Positions 31,031 to 40,132 of a stretch of DNA of 64,000 nucleotides are shown one piece after another (within the stretch, counting starts at the first letter, position 1; each line of letters opens with the position of its first letter). Source of the stretch: Cyanobacteriota bacterium. Its GTDB lineage: Bacteria > Cyanobacteriota > Cyanobacteriia > PCC-6307 > Cyanobiaceae. The stretch spans positions 320,001 through 384,000 of the forward strand of contig JBJOMY010000001.1 in NCBI GenBank assembly GCA_046052125.1, read 5' to 3'. The position numbers and the translations under genes were made by a program. The notes beneath the pieces were generated by a model that worked only from the letters and a program-made list of their open reading frames with translations, was not told where the DNA came from and did no database searches.

Positions 31031-33498
31031 GCACTCCACTCGCACCGATCGAGGCCTGGTTCGCCGAGCAGGGCTGGAGCCCGATGGCATTCCAGCGGCA
31101 GTGCTGGCAGGCCTATCTGGCGGGCGAAAGCGGACTGCTGCAGGTGCCCACCGGCTCCGGCAAGACCTACGCCGCCGTGATGGGCCCGATCGCGGAAATG
31201 CTGGCGGCGCAGCAAAACGACCCAAAAACCCGCGGCCTGCGGCTGCTGGTGATCACACCGCTGCGGGCCCTCAGCCGCGATCTGGCCCTGGCGATTGAGC
31301 AACCGATCACCGCCATGGGCTGGCCACTGCGGGTGGCGATCCGCAATGGCGATACGGCCACCTATGAGCGCAGCAAGCAACTACGCACCCCGCCCGAGAT
31401 CCTGATCACCACCCCCGAATCGCTGAGCGTGCTGCTGGCCAACGCCAAGGCACCCGAGCTGTTCGCCCAGCTGCAGGCGGTGGTGCTCGATGAATGGCAC
31501 GAGCTCATGGGCAGTAAGCGCGGCAGCCAAACGGAGCTCTGCCTCAGCTGGTTGCGGCGGCTGCGGCCCCAGCTGCGCACCTGGGCGATCAGCGCAACCA
31601 TCGGCAACCTTGAAGAAGCCGCACGAGCCGCCCTCGGGATGGCCGCGGGCACGCCGCGGATTGTCACCTCCGAGATCCAGCGAGCCACAGCGATCCGCAG
31701 CCTGCTGCCCGAGAGCATCGACGGCTTCCCCTGGGGCGGTCACCTGGGGCTGCGCATGTATGAGGAGCTGGTGGCCGGACTGGATCCGGCGGTGAGCACG
31801 CTGCTGTTCACCAACACCCGCAACCAGGCCGAACGCTGGCATCAGTGTTTGCGCTTTGCCTGCCCGGAGATGGAGGACGCCCTGGCGCTCCACCACAGCG
31901 CCATCGACCGCGCCGAACGCGAAGCGATTGAAGCGCGGGTGAAGGCTGGCGAGTTGCGCTGGGTGGTGTGCACCAGCTCCCTGGATCTGGGAGTCGACTT
32001 CCAACCCGTGGAGCGGGTGGTGCAAATCGGCAGCGCCAAAAACCTGGCGCGCCTGCTGCAGCGGGCCGGCCGCAGCGCCCACTGCCCGGGGGGCACCTCC
32101 CAGGTGCTGTTCATGCCCACCAATGCCCTCGAGCTCCTGGAGGTGAGCGCCATGCGCCGCGGGCTGGAGAACGGACTGGTGGAACACCGGCGGCCGCCGC
32201 AGCTCCCGCTCGATGTGCTGTTGCAACACCTCACCAGCCTCGCCTGCGGACCGGGCCTGCATCCGGAGCAGGAGCTGGAGACGGTGCGCAGCTGCTGGAG
32301 TTTCCGCCAACTCACGGACGCCCAGTGGCAGTGGTGCCTCACCTTTCTGGAGCATGGCGGCGAGTGTCTGGGCGCCTATCCCCGCTATCACAAGCTCGTA
32401 CGCGACGGCGATGTCTACCGAGTGGTCGACAAAACGATCGCCCGTCTGCATCGCTTCAACATCGGCACGATCACGGCCGATCGATCCGTAACCGTGCGGT
32501 TTGTACGCGGCGCCGTGATTGGCCACGTGGAGGAAGCCTTCATCGGCCGGCTCAAACCCGGTGATGTGTTCTTCTTCGCCGGCCGGCAGCTGGAGTTCGT
32601 GCGGCTGCGCGAGATGACAGCCCAGGTGAAAGCCACCAGCAAGAAGAGCTCCACTGTGCCGGCCTGGGCCGGGGGGCAGATGGCGCTTTCGGACCTGCTC
32701 AGCCGCCATCTGCGCGATGAGGTGGATCGCTGCGCCCGCGCCATCGATGGCGAATCCAGGCTGGATACACCGGAGCTCCAGGCCCTGGAGCCGCTGCTGC
32801 AACGGCAAGCGAATCTTTCCGGCCTCCCCCGCAGCGATCAATTGCTGGTGGAGATCTGCCGCAGCCGCGAAGGCAGCCATCTATTTGTTTATCCCTTGGA
32901 AGGGCGCTTTGTGCATGAGGGCATCGGCTTCCTCTGGGCCTGGCGCCTGGCCCGCCATCGCGCCAGCACGATCACGGTGTCAGTGAACGACTACGGCTTT
33001 GAGCTGTTGGCGCCAAAGACTTACCCGTTTGAGGAGCTGCTCGATCTCCATGGCGATGATCTCTTGGAGATCAACAACCTGGCGAGCGATCTGGAGCAGG
33101 CCCTCAACTTCTCCGAGCTCTGCCGGCGCCGGTTCCGCGCCATTGCCCAGGTGAGCGGCCTGATCAGCCAGGCGATGCCCGGACAAAACAAAACAGGCGG
33201 CCAGCTGCAGATCAGCGCCGCTCTGCTGTTTGACGTATTCCAAAAACACGAACCTGGCAGCTTGCTGCTGGAGCAGGCCCGGCGCGAGGTGTTAGAGGAG
33301 CAGCTGGAGTGCGAACGACTGCAGGCCGCGCTCGAGCGCATGCAAGGGTGCACCTGGAGAGTGGAACGGATTGCCCGTCCGGGTCCGCTGGCGTTCCCAC
33401 TGCTCGTGGAGCGCCTGAACAATCGGCTCAGCAATGAATCGCTGCTGGATCGTGTGCAGCGGCTGATCAACGAAGCGCAACGGGCTGAAGCCCTGTGA
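31027..33498 (+). CDS. Ligase-associated DEXH-box helicase (Lhr-core)
   Basis: PTGSGKT, ITPLRAL, DEWHE, SATIGN, TSSLDLGVD, QRAGRSAH, NIGTI. Confidence 0.93.
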   Translation: MSTPLAPIEAWFAEQGWSPMAFQRQCWQAYLAGESGLLQVPTGSGKTYAAVMGPIAEMLAAQQNDPKTRGLRLLVITPLRALSRDLALAIEQPITAMGWPLRVAIRNGDTATYERSKQLRTPPEILITTPESLSVLLANAKAPELFAQLQAVVLDEWHELMGSKRGSQTELCLSWLRRLRPQLRTWAISATIGNLEEAARAALGMAAGTPRIVTSEIQRATAIRSLLPESIDGFPWGGHLGLRMYEELVAGLDPAVSTLLFTNTRNQAERWHQCLRFACPEMEDALALHHSAIDRAEREAIEARVKAGELRWVVCTSSLDLGVDFQPVERVVQIGSAKNLARLLQRAGRSAHCPGGTSQVLFMPTNALELLEVSAMRRGLENGLVEHRRPPQLPLDVLLQHLTSLACGPGLHPEQELETVRSCWSFRQLTDAQWQWCLTFLEHGGECLGAYPRYHKLVRDGDVYRVVDKTIARLHRFNIGTITADRSVTVRFVRGAVIGHVEEAFIGRLKPGDVFFFAGRQLEFVRLREMTAQVKATSKKSSTVPAWAGGQMALSDLLSRHLRDEVDRCARAIDGESRLDTPELQALEPLLQRQANLSGLPRSDQLLVEICRSREGSHLFVYPLEGRFVHEGIGFLWAWRLARHRASTITVSVNDYGFELLAPKTYPFEELLDLHGDDLLEINNLASDLEQALNFSELCRRRFRAIAQVSGLISQAMPGQNKTGGQLQISAALLFDVFQKHEPGSLLLEQARREVLEEQLECERLQAALERMQGCTWRVERIARPGPLAFPLLVERLNNRLSNESLLDRVQRLINEAQRAEAL

Positions 33499-33523
33499 AC
33501 GCCATCGGCATCAGAGTGACCAG

Positions 33524-33928
33524 ATGGTGAGCGCACTTCTCAACATCCTCTGGGTGGTGCTCGGCGGCCTGGTGATGGCCCTGGGCTGGTGGCTGGCAGG
33601 ACTGGTGTGCGCGCTCACGATCGTGGGCTTACCCTGGGCGCGCTCCTGCTTCGTGATCGGGGCCTTTTCGCTCTGGCCCTTCGGTCAGGAGGCGGTGAAT
33701 CGGCGAGAGTTGCACGGCCGCGGCGACCTGGGTACCGGCAGCCTCGGTCTGCTGGGCAACGTGATCTGGTTTCTGTTGGCGGGTTGGTGGCTGGCGATCG
33801 GCCACCTCACCTCGGCGCTGGCCTGTTTCATCACGATCATCGGCATTCCCTTCGGGATTCAGCACATCAAGCTGGCCCTGATTGCTCTGGCACCTGTCGG
33901 GATGACGGTGGTGCCGATCCGCCGCTGA
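33524..33928 (+). CDS. YccF domain inner-membrane protein
   Basis: Duplicated NILW...TIVGLPWA / NVIW...TIIGIPFG motif. Confidence 0.9.
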   Translation: MVSALLNILWVVLGGLVMALGWWLAGLVCALTIVGLPWARSCFVIGAFSLWPFGQEAVNRRELHGRGDLGTGSLGLLGNVIWFLLAGWWLAIGHLTSALACFITIIGIPFGIQHIKLALIALAPVGMTVVPIRR

Positions 33929-33937
33929 TCGCAGGAA

Positions 33938-34816
33938 TCAGCCGAGCTCCAGGCAAGCGAGCCCGTACACATCCAGCAACGACACCTTCGGCGGCTCACC
34001 GCGGTACATCCGAATCGTGTGACTGATGGAGCCGAACCCCAGCCGCTCCAGCAATCGCGCCGCTGCAGGATTGGCGGCAGGTGCATCGATCAGCACCACA
34101 CCCGGGTGGCGAAGCAGCAAGGCGCGCAGCAACAGCTCAGCCGCTTCCTCGCTCTCCGCCATCAGCGGGCCGATTCGCCATCCTTCGCCGCGCGCCAACA
34201 GGCACGGCCGGATCCGCCCGAAGCCATGACAGACGCCCTCGGCATCAATCAGCGCCAGGACTGAACCCGCGGGATGGTTCAACCACTGCGCCAGAAAATG
34301 CGGGCGTGGACTCGGCTCGCGCTGTGCATCAAAGCGTTGAACAGCCATCTGAGGAATGGCGGAGTCGGCCAGCAACTGCCACGGCTCAGGTAGGGCAGGA
34401 GATTGCGGTGATTCACCATCACTGATCGTTTGCCAGCGCACCGTGGCGGAGGCAGGAGCAAATCCCCAGGAGCTATACACCTCCACCAACTCGGGTGCTG
34501 CCTCAAGTCCGATGCAGGGAAGATCGCTGAGGTGGTCCATGGCATGGCGCCAGAGCTCCTGGCCGTAGCCCTGTCCTCGCCAGGGCGAAGCCACTAGATA
34601 GAGGCCGATGAAGCCGTAAGCAGCGTTGTAGCGGACGCCTGTTATGCAGCCAATCGGCTCACTCCCCAGCCAGCCGAGCCAGATGCCCTGGCGGTCGGTC
34701 TGCCGGTAGATCGACACATCACCGCGGCCCGGAGCGAAACCCTCACGCCGGGCCCATTCCGTGATGCAGGGAATTTCACTAGCCGCCAAGGGCTCAATGC
34801 GCAGAAAAGAGGCCAT
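33938..34816 (-). CDS. Tandem GNAT acetyltransferase
   Basis: FIGLYLV...WRGQGYG acetyl-CoA motif; second domain RIGPL. Confidence 0.88.
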   Translation of the reverse strand: MASFLRIEPLAASEIPCITEWARREGFAPGRGDVSIYRQTDRQGIWLGWLGSEPIGCITGVRYNAAYGFIGLYLVASPWRGQGYGQELWRHAMDHLSDLPCIGLEAAPELVEVYSSWGFAPASATVRWQTISDGESPQSPALPEPWQLLADSAIPQMAVQRFDAQREPSPRPHFLAQWLNHPAGSVLALIDAEGVCHGFGRIRPCLLARGEGWRIGPLMAESEEAAELLLRALLLRHPGVVLIDAPAANPAAARLLERLGFGSISHTIRMYRGEPPKVSLLDVYGLACLELG

Positions 34817-34923
34817 GGCACGAGGCAACAGCTTCAGGCTGGCAAGAGCAGCTCAAAACTGTTGCTGCATGAAGTTTCCGCAGAAATCCCAGCTGCAGCA
34901 GCTGGCTGAGTAAGGCTTGCCAC

Positions 34924-35085
34924 ATGAGCGTCATGCACTGCCCCCTCTGCATCGGTTTGGCTGTTCTCTCGATCGGCCGGGCCATGGCCCACCTGAACCT
35001 GGTCGCGCTGATGGTGTTGCCGAACTGGCATGCCAATCGCGAATCAAGCGGAATGGTGATTCCAACAACGCTGCACTCACTCTGA
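34924..35085 (+). CDS. Microprotein with an N-terminal CxxC (53 aa; not in the ORF track)
   Basis: Hand translation MSVMHCPLCIGLAVLSIGRAMAHLNLVALMVLPNWHANRESSGMVIPTTLHSL. Confidence 0.5.
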   Translation: MSVMHCPLCIGLAVLSIGRAMAHLNLVALMVLPNWHANRESSGMVIPTTLHSL

Positions 35086-35295
35086 TCGCGGCTAGCGAGG
35101 CAGCAGGGGCCACTCCAGCTCCTGACTGAAGCGAACGAAGAACAAGGCATTCCGCATAACGCACAGCGAAGCGCAAGCAGATGCCACCAGTGCCGGAGTG
35201 ACGAAAACCGCACGCAAAACACCGGTCAAATTGGAAGCGAGGGGATGCAGCAGCACGGGCTGAGCGTTATTGTTCCGGGGATTCAATCCCTTTCC

Positions 35296-35658
35296 ATGCT
35301 CACCGGTTCTGAACTGCTGGCCAAAGTCAAGGAACTTGGCGACGTCTCCAAATCCGACCTGGTTCGTAGCTGCGGCTATGTGAGCACCAAGAAAGATGGT
35401 GGTGAGCGACTGAATTTCACCGCCTTCTATGAAGCGCTGCTGGAAGCCAAAGGTCTAAGCCTGGGCAACGACGGTGTTGGCCGCGGCAAAGGTGGCCGCA
35501 AGCTGAGCTACACCGCCACCGTGCAAGGCAATGGCAACCTGCTGATCGGCAAGGCGTACACCGCCATGCTGGATCTCAAGCCCGGCGATGAATTTGAAAT
35601 CAAACTGGGCCGCAAACAGATCAAGCTGATCCCCGCAGGCGGCACCGAAGAGGAGTGA
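35296..35658 (+). CDS. AbrB-like transcriptional regulator (cyanobacterial type)
   Basis: MLTGSELLAKVKEL...CGYV...FYEALLEAKG...GRKLSY...NGNLLIGKAYT...GDEFEIKLGRKQIKL. Confidence 0.92.
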   Translation: MLTGSELLAKVKELGDVSKSDLVRSCGYVSTKKDGGERLNFTAFYEALLEAKGLSLGNDGVGRGKGGRKLSYTATVQGNGNLLIGKAYTAMLDLKPGDEFEIKLGRKQIKLIPAGGTEEE

Positions 35659-35701
35659 TCGGCTCGGCCATCACGCCTTCCATTCACACGGATCTCCCCT
35701 C

Positions 35702-35727
35702 AACCCCGGCCGACGCCGGGGTTTTTT
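35702..35727 (+). terminator. Rho-independent terminator of the AbrB-like gene
   Basis: AACCCCGGC-CGAC-GCCGGGGTT-TTTT. Confidence 0.88.
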
Positions 35728-35785
35728 CATGCCCACCACAGCAGAGCCGCCCAGCACTTAACGTGTTGTTACATTCCGATCCGCC

Positions 35786-35977
35786 GTGGAACAACCCTCT
35801 CTCAGTCGCCAATTTGCGATCGCGATGCACGAGCGTTCGATTGACAGCTGCGATGACATCGAGCAGCTGCGCGAGGTGGCCAAAACCCTGCTGCGCGCCT
35901 GGCAACTCCAAGCCTCATTCGCCGAAGAGTACGCAGGGCAACTGATGGGCATTACGCCACTAAAAAACCGCCCCTGA
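35786..35977 (+). CDS. Small helical protein, NblA-like
   Basis: 63 aa; SLSRQF...IDSCDDIEQLREVAKTLLRAWQLQ two-helix pattern. Confidence 0.5.
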   Translation: MEQPSLSRQFAIAMHERSIDSCDDIEQLREVAKTLLRAWQLQASFAEEYAGQLMGITPLKNRP

Positions 35978-35986
35978 AGGGCGGTT
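35962..35986 (-). terminator. Terminator of the RRM gene (possibly bidirectional)
   Basis: Minus strand AACCGCCC-TTCAG-GGGCGGTT-TTTT. Confidence 0.8.
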
Positions 35987-36021
35987 CAAGCCGCGATCCG
36001 GAGATCGCGACCGTCAGAGGA

Positions 36022-36303
36022 TTACCAGCGGTTGCCGCCGCCGCCACCACCGCCACCGGCGGGACGCGGCTCAGCTTTGTTCACACGGATCATGCGGCCC
36101 ATCCACTCCACGTTCTGGAGGTCGTCGATCGCTTTCTGCTCATCGGCTTCGCTGGCCATCTCAACAAAAGCGAAACCACGCTTGCGGCCAGTGTCGCGAT
36201 CGAGGGGCAGGCTGCACTTACGCACAGCGCCGTACTCGGCGAACAGGCTCTGAAGGTCCTCTACTTCGGCATCGAAGGAGAGGTTACCCACGTAGATAGT
36301 CAT
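36022..36303 (-). CDS. RRM RNA-binding protein with Gly-rich tail (Rbp family)
   Basis: RNP2 IYVGNL, RNP1 RGFAFVEM, C-terminal poly-Gly. Confidence 0.96.
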   Translation of the reverse strand: MTIYVGNLSFDAEVEDLQSLFAEYGAVRKCSLPLDRDTGRKRGFAFVEMASEADEQKAIDDLQNVEWMGRMIRVNKAEPRPAGGGGGGGGNRW

Positions 36304-36597
36304 GTAATGCGTGAAAGGTATGAACCCGATTCGTTGAATGCCCTGAAGAAAGTTGCTGGCCGAGTGGTGAAATCCTTAGAACCCGCCGCCTGGAGAAGAA
36401 ACCTGCTGAAGAGTGGTCGTTGAATCAGCACCACCCTACTGCACCCCTGCAGTGGCCATGGGGACACTCCCAGGGTGAATGTTCAAAAAACCCTGAGAGC
36501 AGCAACTCCCCAGAGCACTCCCTCATCACGGCATGCTCAATCCGTTCATAGCCACCCCGAACCCATCGGCCAACCCGATGGAGGGAAGGCTTGGTCT

Positions 36598-37089
36598 TCA
36601 AGCGTTGGACACGGGCACAGCGCTAGTCGCGGCATCCCGGTTCTGGGGCGTGACCAGGGCGGAGACAAGCCCGGCATCAAAGGAAAAGCGACCGGGCCCC
36701 ACCAGCAGGATTGCGAGGCTGCCCCCCAGATAGAGGACCACCAGCTCCAACACATACATGGTGAGACCCGCAGTAAGGATGTGCTGCAACGCCGCCATCG
36801 CCATGGTGCTCGTCAGCGCTAAAGCGCTGAAGGGGGTCAGTAAGCCCAGCACCACCAACCAGCTGCCGATGAGCTCGGAGAAACCGGCCACGTAGGCAAA
36901 AAACAGGAGCATCCCCACCGATGCGAGCAAACCAGGGCGCTGCAGATAGGCCAGCAGCGGCGGGGCCAACGGCTGGAAGCGATCCGTGAAACCAGTGCTC
37001 AACCGCGGCAGGCTGCGGGTGAGGAAAAACAGAGCCAACAAGGCGCACAGAAAGGCGGTCAGCAGCTCGACAGGGTTGTCGAAATGCAT
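36598..37089 (-). CDS. DoxX-family membrane protein with an atypical, possibly chimeric N-terminus
   Basis: C-half FAYVAGFSELIGS...HILT...LELVVLYLGGSLAILLVGPGRFSFD is DoxX-like; the N-terminal R...HG..K motif is missing. Confidence 0.65.
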   Translation of the reverse strand: MHFDNPVELLTAFLCALLALFFLTRSLPRLSTGFTDRFQPLAPPLLAYLQRPGLLASVGMLLFFAYVAGFSELIGSWLVVLGLLTPFSALALTSTMAMAALQHILTAGLTMYVLELVVLYLGGSLAILLVGPGRFSFDAGLVSALVTPQNRDAATSAVPVSNA

Positions 37090-37260
37090 GGGGGCCTAGC
37101 ACTGGAGCGATCCCGCCGGTTTTTCTGAAGAAACGTGAAGCACCTCTCATTCGCCGAAAATGCAGCCCTGAAAACCGCGGGCGCGATCAAGAGGGGTCCC
37201 GAGATCCGCCCCAGGACTAACCGCAACCGCGCAACGCAACGATCCTGTTACACGCCTCCC

Positions 37261-37439
37261 ATGGCCGTTGGCGAGCTCTTCCTCGGTTCATTCACACCAG
37301 GCGTGTCACGCCAGCTGAAATGGATTGGCTGATCACACGGCACGACTGCTGCACGCGCGAGGAGCAAGCCACCCTGCAGCGGCTCGGTCGCTTACTGGAT
37401 GACGGAACCATCCACCTCGGATGCCGGCTTGCTCCCTGA
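37261..37439 (+). pseudogene. Frameshifted small picocyanobacterial gene
   Basis: MAVGELFLGSFTPGV, then after a shift near 37305 TPAEMDWLITRHDCCTREEQATLQRLGRLLDDGTIHLGCRLAP*. Confidence 0.6.
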
Positions 37440-37622
37440 GCTTCCTGACCTTGGCTGAACCTGCTCCAGCTCAACACCCCGTTCATCCACCAGTCGATAA
37501 ATCCGCCCGGTGATCTGGGCTTTGGCACGAGCCGTAAGAACGGCGTGAACCCGGCTCCGCCTCCTCACCTCACAGATCCATACCGTTTCATCCACGCCGC
37601 GGCTCTGAATCACGATGGGCAC
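37392..37622 (-). CDS. Small hypothetical protein
   Basis: 76-aa ORF with globular composition. Confidence 0.45.
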   Translation of the reverse strand: MPIVIQSRGVDETVWICEVRRRSRVHAVLTARAKAQITGRIYRLVDERGVELEQVQPRSGSSGSKPASEVDGSVIQ

Positions 37623-37770
37623 GGCGCAGGAGCGTTAGGGCTTGCCCTTCACTGTCATCACGGCACTGAGATTCCGGTGAGATCAGCAGACAAGCTTCGG
37701 GATCAACGGCCAAAGGCTCAGATCATTTTCTCAACTACTCACCAGGACACTGAACGGGCGAAACCGCAGC

Positions 37771-38427
37771 TCAAGGGGTGCAGGGCCCATTGGCTGTGAT
37801 CACCACCTCATCACCCAGCTTTACGGTGTTGAGCACGGCCTGCAGTGCTGGCTGGGCCAGGTTGATGCAGCCGCCTGTCACCTTCTGGCCGATGCGTTGG
37901 TCGTTGTTGCTGCCGTGAAGGGCAAAGCTGTACCAGCGAAAGGTGCCGTCGTAGCGATTGAAGGCAAACGGCTGCTTCACGCTGATCACAGGGGCCAGGC
38001 TTACATAGCCAATCCCGTATTCACCAGCTTCTCCATCGCCGCTGAAGTCGATGGAGTTCATGTTCTTGAACAGGGTTGATCTGAGCTCCGCTTCTGTTTT
38101 GCCCGACTGAGCAAGCAGCGCCGGCTGCATCTCAAAGCGCGTCTGCGTGAGGATCGCATTCACCTTGAAGCGTCCCAGAGGGGTGTAGCCCTCTTCAAAG
38201 CGCGTTCCAGGGCAGGTGACGCCAAGGCGTCCATAGCCCACTTTGAACAGCTGGCGCTGATCGTCTTCGCGGAGCACCGCAAAACTCTTGGCGGGATCCT
38301 TCAGATCAAGCTCGATCCGGATCGATTCAGAACCCCCTGATGCCAAGGGCGTGGCCTTCTGGCCATGGCCGCAACCGGCCAGGGCCAGCGTGATCCCCAC
38401 AAGGGTGAGCGCGGAACAACGGCGCAT
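37771..38427 (-). CDS. L,D-transpeptidase (YkuD) family lipoprotein
   Basis: Lipobox LAGC, TPLGRF, ALHG...GGCINL catalytic His/Cys. Confidence 0.85.
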   Translation of the reverse strand: MRRCSALTLVGITLALAGCGHGQKATPLASGGSESIRIELDLKDPAKSFAVLREDDQRQLFKVGYGRLGVTCPGTRFEEGYTPLGRFKVNAILTQTRFEMQPALLAQSGKTEAELRSTLFKNMNSIDFSGDGEAGEYGIGYVSLAPVISVKQPFAFNRYDGTFRWYSFALHGSNNDQRIGQKVTGGCINLAQPALQAVLNTVKLGDEVVITANGPCTP

Positions 38428-38447
38428 CGCTCGTTAAAGCTGTCGCC

Positions 38448-38999
38448 TCATGATGCCGAGGATGACGGCTCATGGCTGTAAGCGTCGATAAACAAGTTGG
38501 TGACTGCATCGAACAACCAGGGCGGGACCTCGAAGCCACAGCCATCGACATAGCGCATCAGGGCCTGATCCAGATCCCGATGCAAGGCAATGCACTGGGC
38601 CGCCGAAAGAGCTAGGGCGCGTTGATAAACCGCCGAATCTGTTTTGCCGAGGTGAAACAATCGACAGCCTTCATCGATCACTGCTTGCAACGCAGGATCA
38701 CGCAAGTCCACAGTCTCTCCTCCAACCAGTGGCAAAAGGCGGTTGCGGATGACAGCACGCACAATGTCGAAGGAACGCTTGGCTTGCTCAGGTCCCACGC
38801 GCAGAAGATCCTCGCGCTGCTCGCGAATCTGGATCAAGGCATTCATCAGTTCCGCCGCCTTAAATAGGGCTAAACTCTGCCTCTGATCAGCACTCAATGC
38901 TTCGAGCTTGTCGAGGAACATGCCCACCTCGGCCAAAAAGGTTTGCTCCTTGTCTTGCAGAGCAAGGCAGCGGCGCCAGGGATGATCAGGTGGGGCCAT
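38448..38999 (-). CDS. Hypothetical helical protein
   Basis: 183-aa ORF between co-oriented genes. Confidence 0.7.
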   Translation of the reverse strand: MAPPDHPWRRCLALQDKEQTFLAEVGMFLDKLEALSADQRQSLALFKAAELMNALIQIREQREDLLRVGPEQAKRSFDIVRAVIRNRLLPLVGGETVDLRDPALQAVIDEGCRLFHLGKTDSAVYQRALALSAAQCIALHRDLDQALMRYVDGCGFEVPPWLFDAVTNLFIDAYSHEPSSSAS

Positions 39000-39017
39000 G
39001 TAATAAAACCAAGACGC

Positions 39018-39287
39018 TCAAAAGATGCCGAGCGTTTTCTTCTTGCAATATCCGGCACCAATGTTCATCCAACCCGAGGGGCAGGGTTGCCCGTTGGTGG
39101 GTTGCACCTCGTAGTTGATCGGTGAAACGCAATGCTGCTTGAGGTCATTCACATAACCCAGCGGACAGTCGTTGTAGCCGGGCAGTTTCGGGATCCTGGT
39201 CTGCGCAGACACCGGCTGGATCGATAGCAGCCATGGCACCACGCCCACACCGGCGGCCAAAGCGATCGGAAGACTCCTCACCCACAT
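39018..39287 (-). CDS. Small exported Cys-rich protein
   Basis: Signal peptide followed by two CPxG[YW]...C repeats. Confidence 0.7.
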   Translation of the reverse strand: MWVRSLPIALAAGVGVVPWLLSIQPVSAQTRIPKLPGYNDCPLGYVNDLKQHCVSPINYEVQPTNGQPCPSGWMNIGAGYCKKKTLGIF

Positions 39288-39374
39288 ACGGATCAGCTGC
39301 GAAAAGATTAGATCTGAACTGCGGCGATGGGAGGATTGGTCTGCGTCTTCGGGATTGCACGCCACCGTCCTGCC

Positions 39375-39581
39375 ATGACTTACATCGTGAACAGCCACGA
39401 CGCCTGGGGCACCGCCGCGGTGGGGGAGTTTCAGTCGCTCGAGCAGGCGCGTGAGGTATTCAACGCTCTCCGCAACGACCGCTGGTTTATCGCTGATGGC
39501 GGCGTGAAGGGTCTATCGATCGTGGATAGCAGCCTCGAAGGCGGGCGCACCATCGAGAGGTTCAGCTTCCAGCAAGGTTGA
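39375..39581 (+). CDS. Small hypothetical protein
   Basis: MTYIVNSHDAWG...; 68 aa. Confidence 0.65.
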   Translation: MTYIVNSHDAWGTAAVGEFQSLEQAREVFNALRNDRWFIADGGVKGLSIVDSSLEGGRTIERFSFQQG

Positions 39582-39664
39582 AGATTCCCGAAGCGATGCT
39601 GAAAAGAGTGTGAGCGAACACCGCCCAACAGGCCGCGCGCTGATCAGGATGGCCACTCGAGTGG

Positions 39665-39907
39665 ATGGATGCGGGGATGGCACTGCAACGGATTTATCGC
39701 CTGATCGATGCCTGCTGCGAACCCCATCAGCACCTCGACGATTGCTACAGCAGCCTGGATGAGGCGATCACCGATGCGGTGGCCTGGCTGGAGCAGATCA
39801 CCGCTGAGCCCCAGCAGCAATGGATCGGTGTGGAAGTGTGCGCCGCCAACGGCGACTGGCGCACCTACCGGCTGCCGATGCCCCTGCTTTGCGCTCTACC
39901 GGGCTGA
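39665..39907 (+). CDS. Small hypothetical protein
   Basis: YRLID...LDD.YSSLDEA...W...IGVEV...GDWRT pattern. Confidence 0.65.
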   Translation: MDAGMALQRIYRLIDACCEPHQHLDDCYSSLDEAITDAVAWLEQITAEPQQQWIGVEVCAANGDWRTYRLPMPLLCALPG

Positions 39908-39913
39908 TCCAGC

Positions 39914-40132
39914 TCAGTCGGCTTCGCCCTTGGTCCAGTAGCGATACAGCCAAACGCCTGCACCGCCCCAGAGCAGGGTCCAGAGCGCAAAGGTGATGCC
40001 GGTGCCGATCTGGCCCGTCTCCAGGGAATACACGCCGGCATTGATCAGCCCGGCGTCGATCAGAGAGCCGCCGATTCCCCAACCGAGCACCCAGGTGAAC
40101 AGGAAGCCGATCGCCTGAAGGTTTCCGGTCAT
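39914..40132 (-). CDS. Small two-TM membrane protein
   Basis: Start overlaps the SOD stop; two hydrophobic helices. Confidence 0.7.
   Translation of the reverse strand: MTGNLQAIGFLFTWVLGWGIGGSLIDAGLINAGVYSLETGQIGTGITFALWTLLWGGAGVWLYRYWTKGEAD

Noticed and set aside
35759..35772. NtcA site before the NblA-like gene
   Set aside because: Reads TAA-N8-TAC, not GTA-N8-TAC
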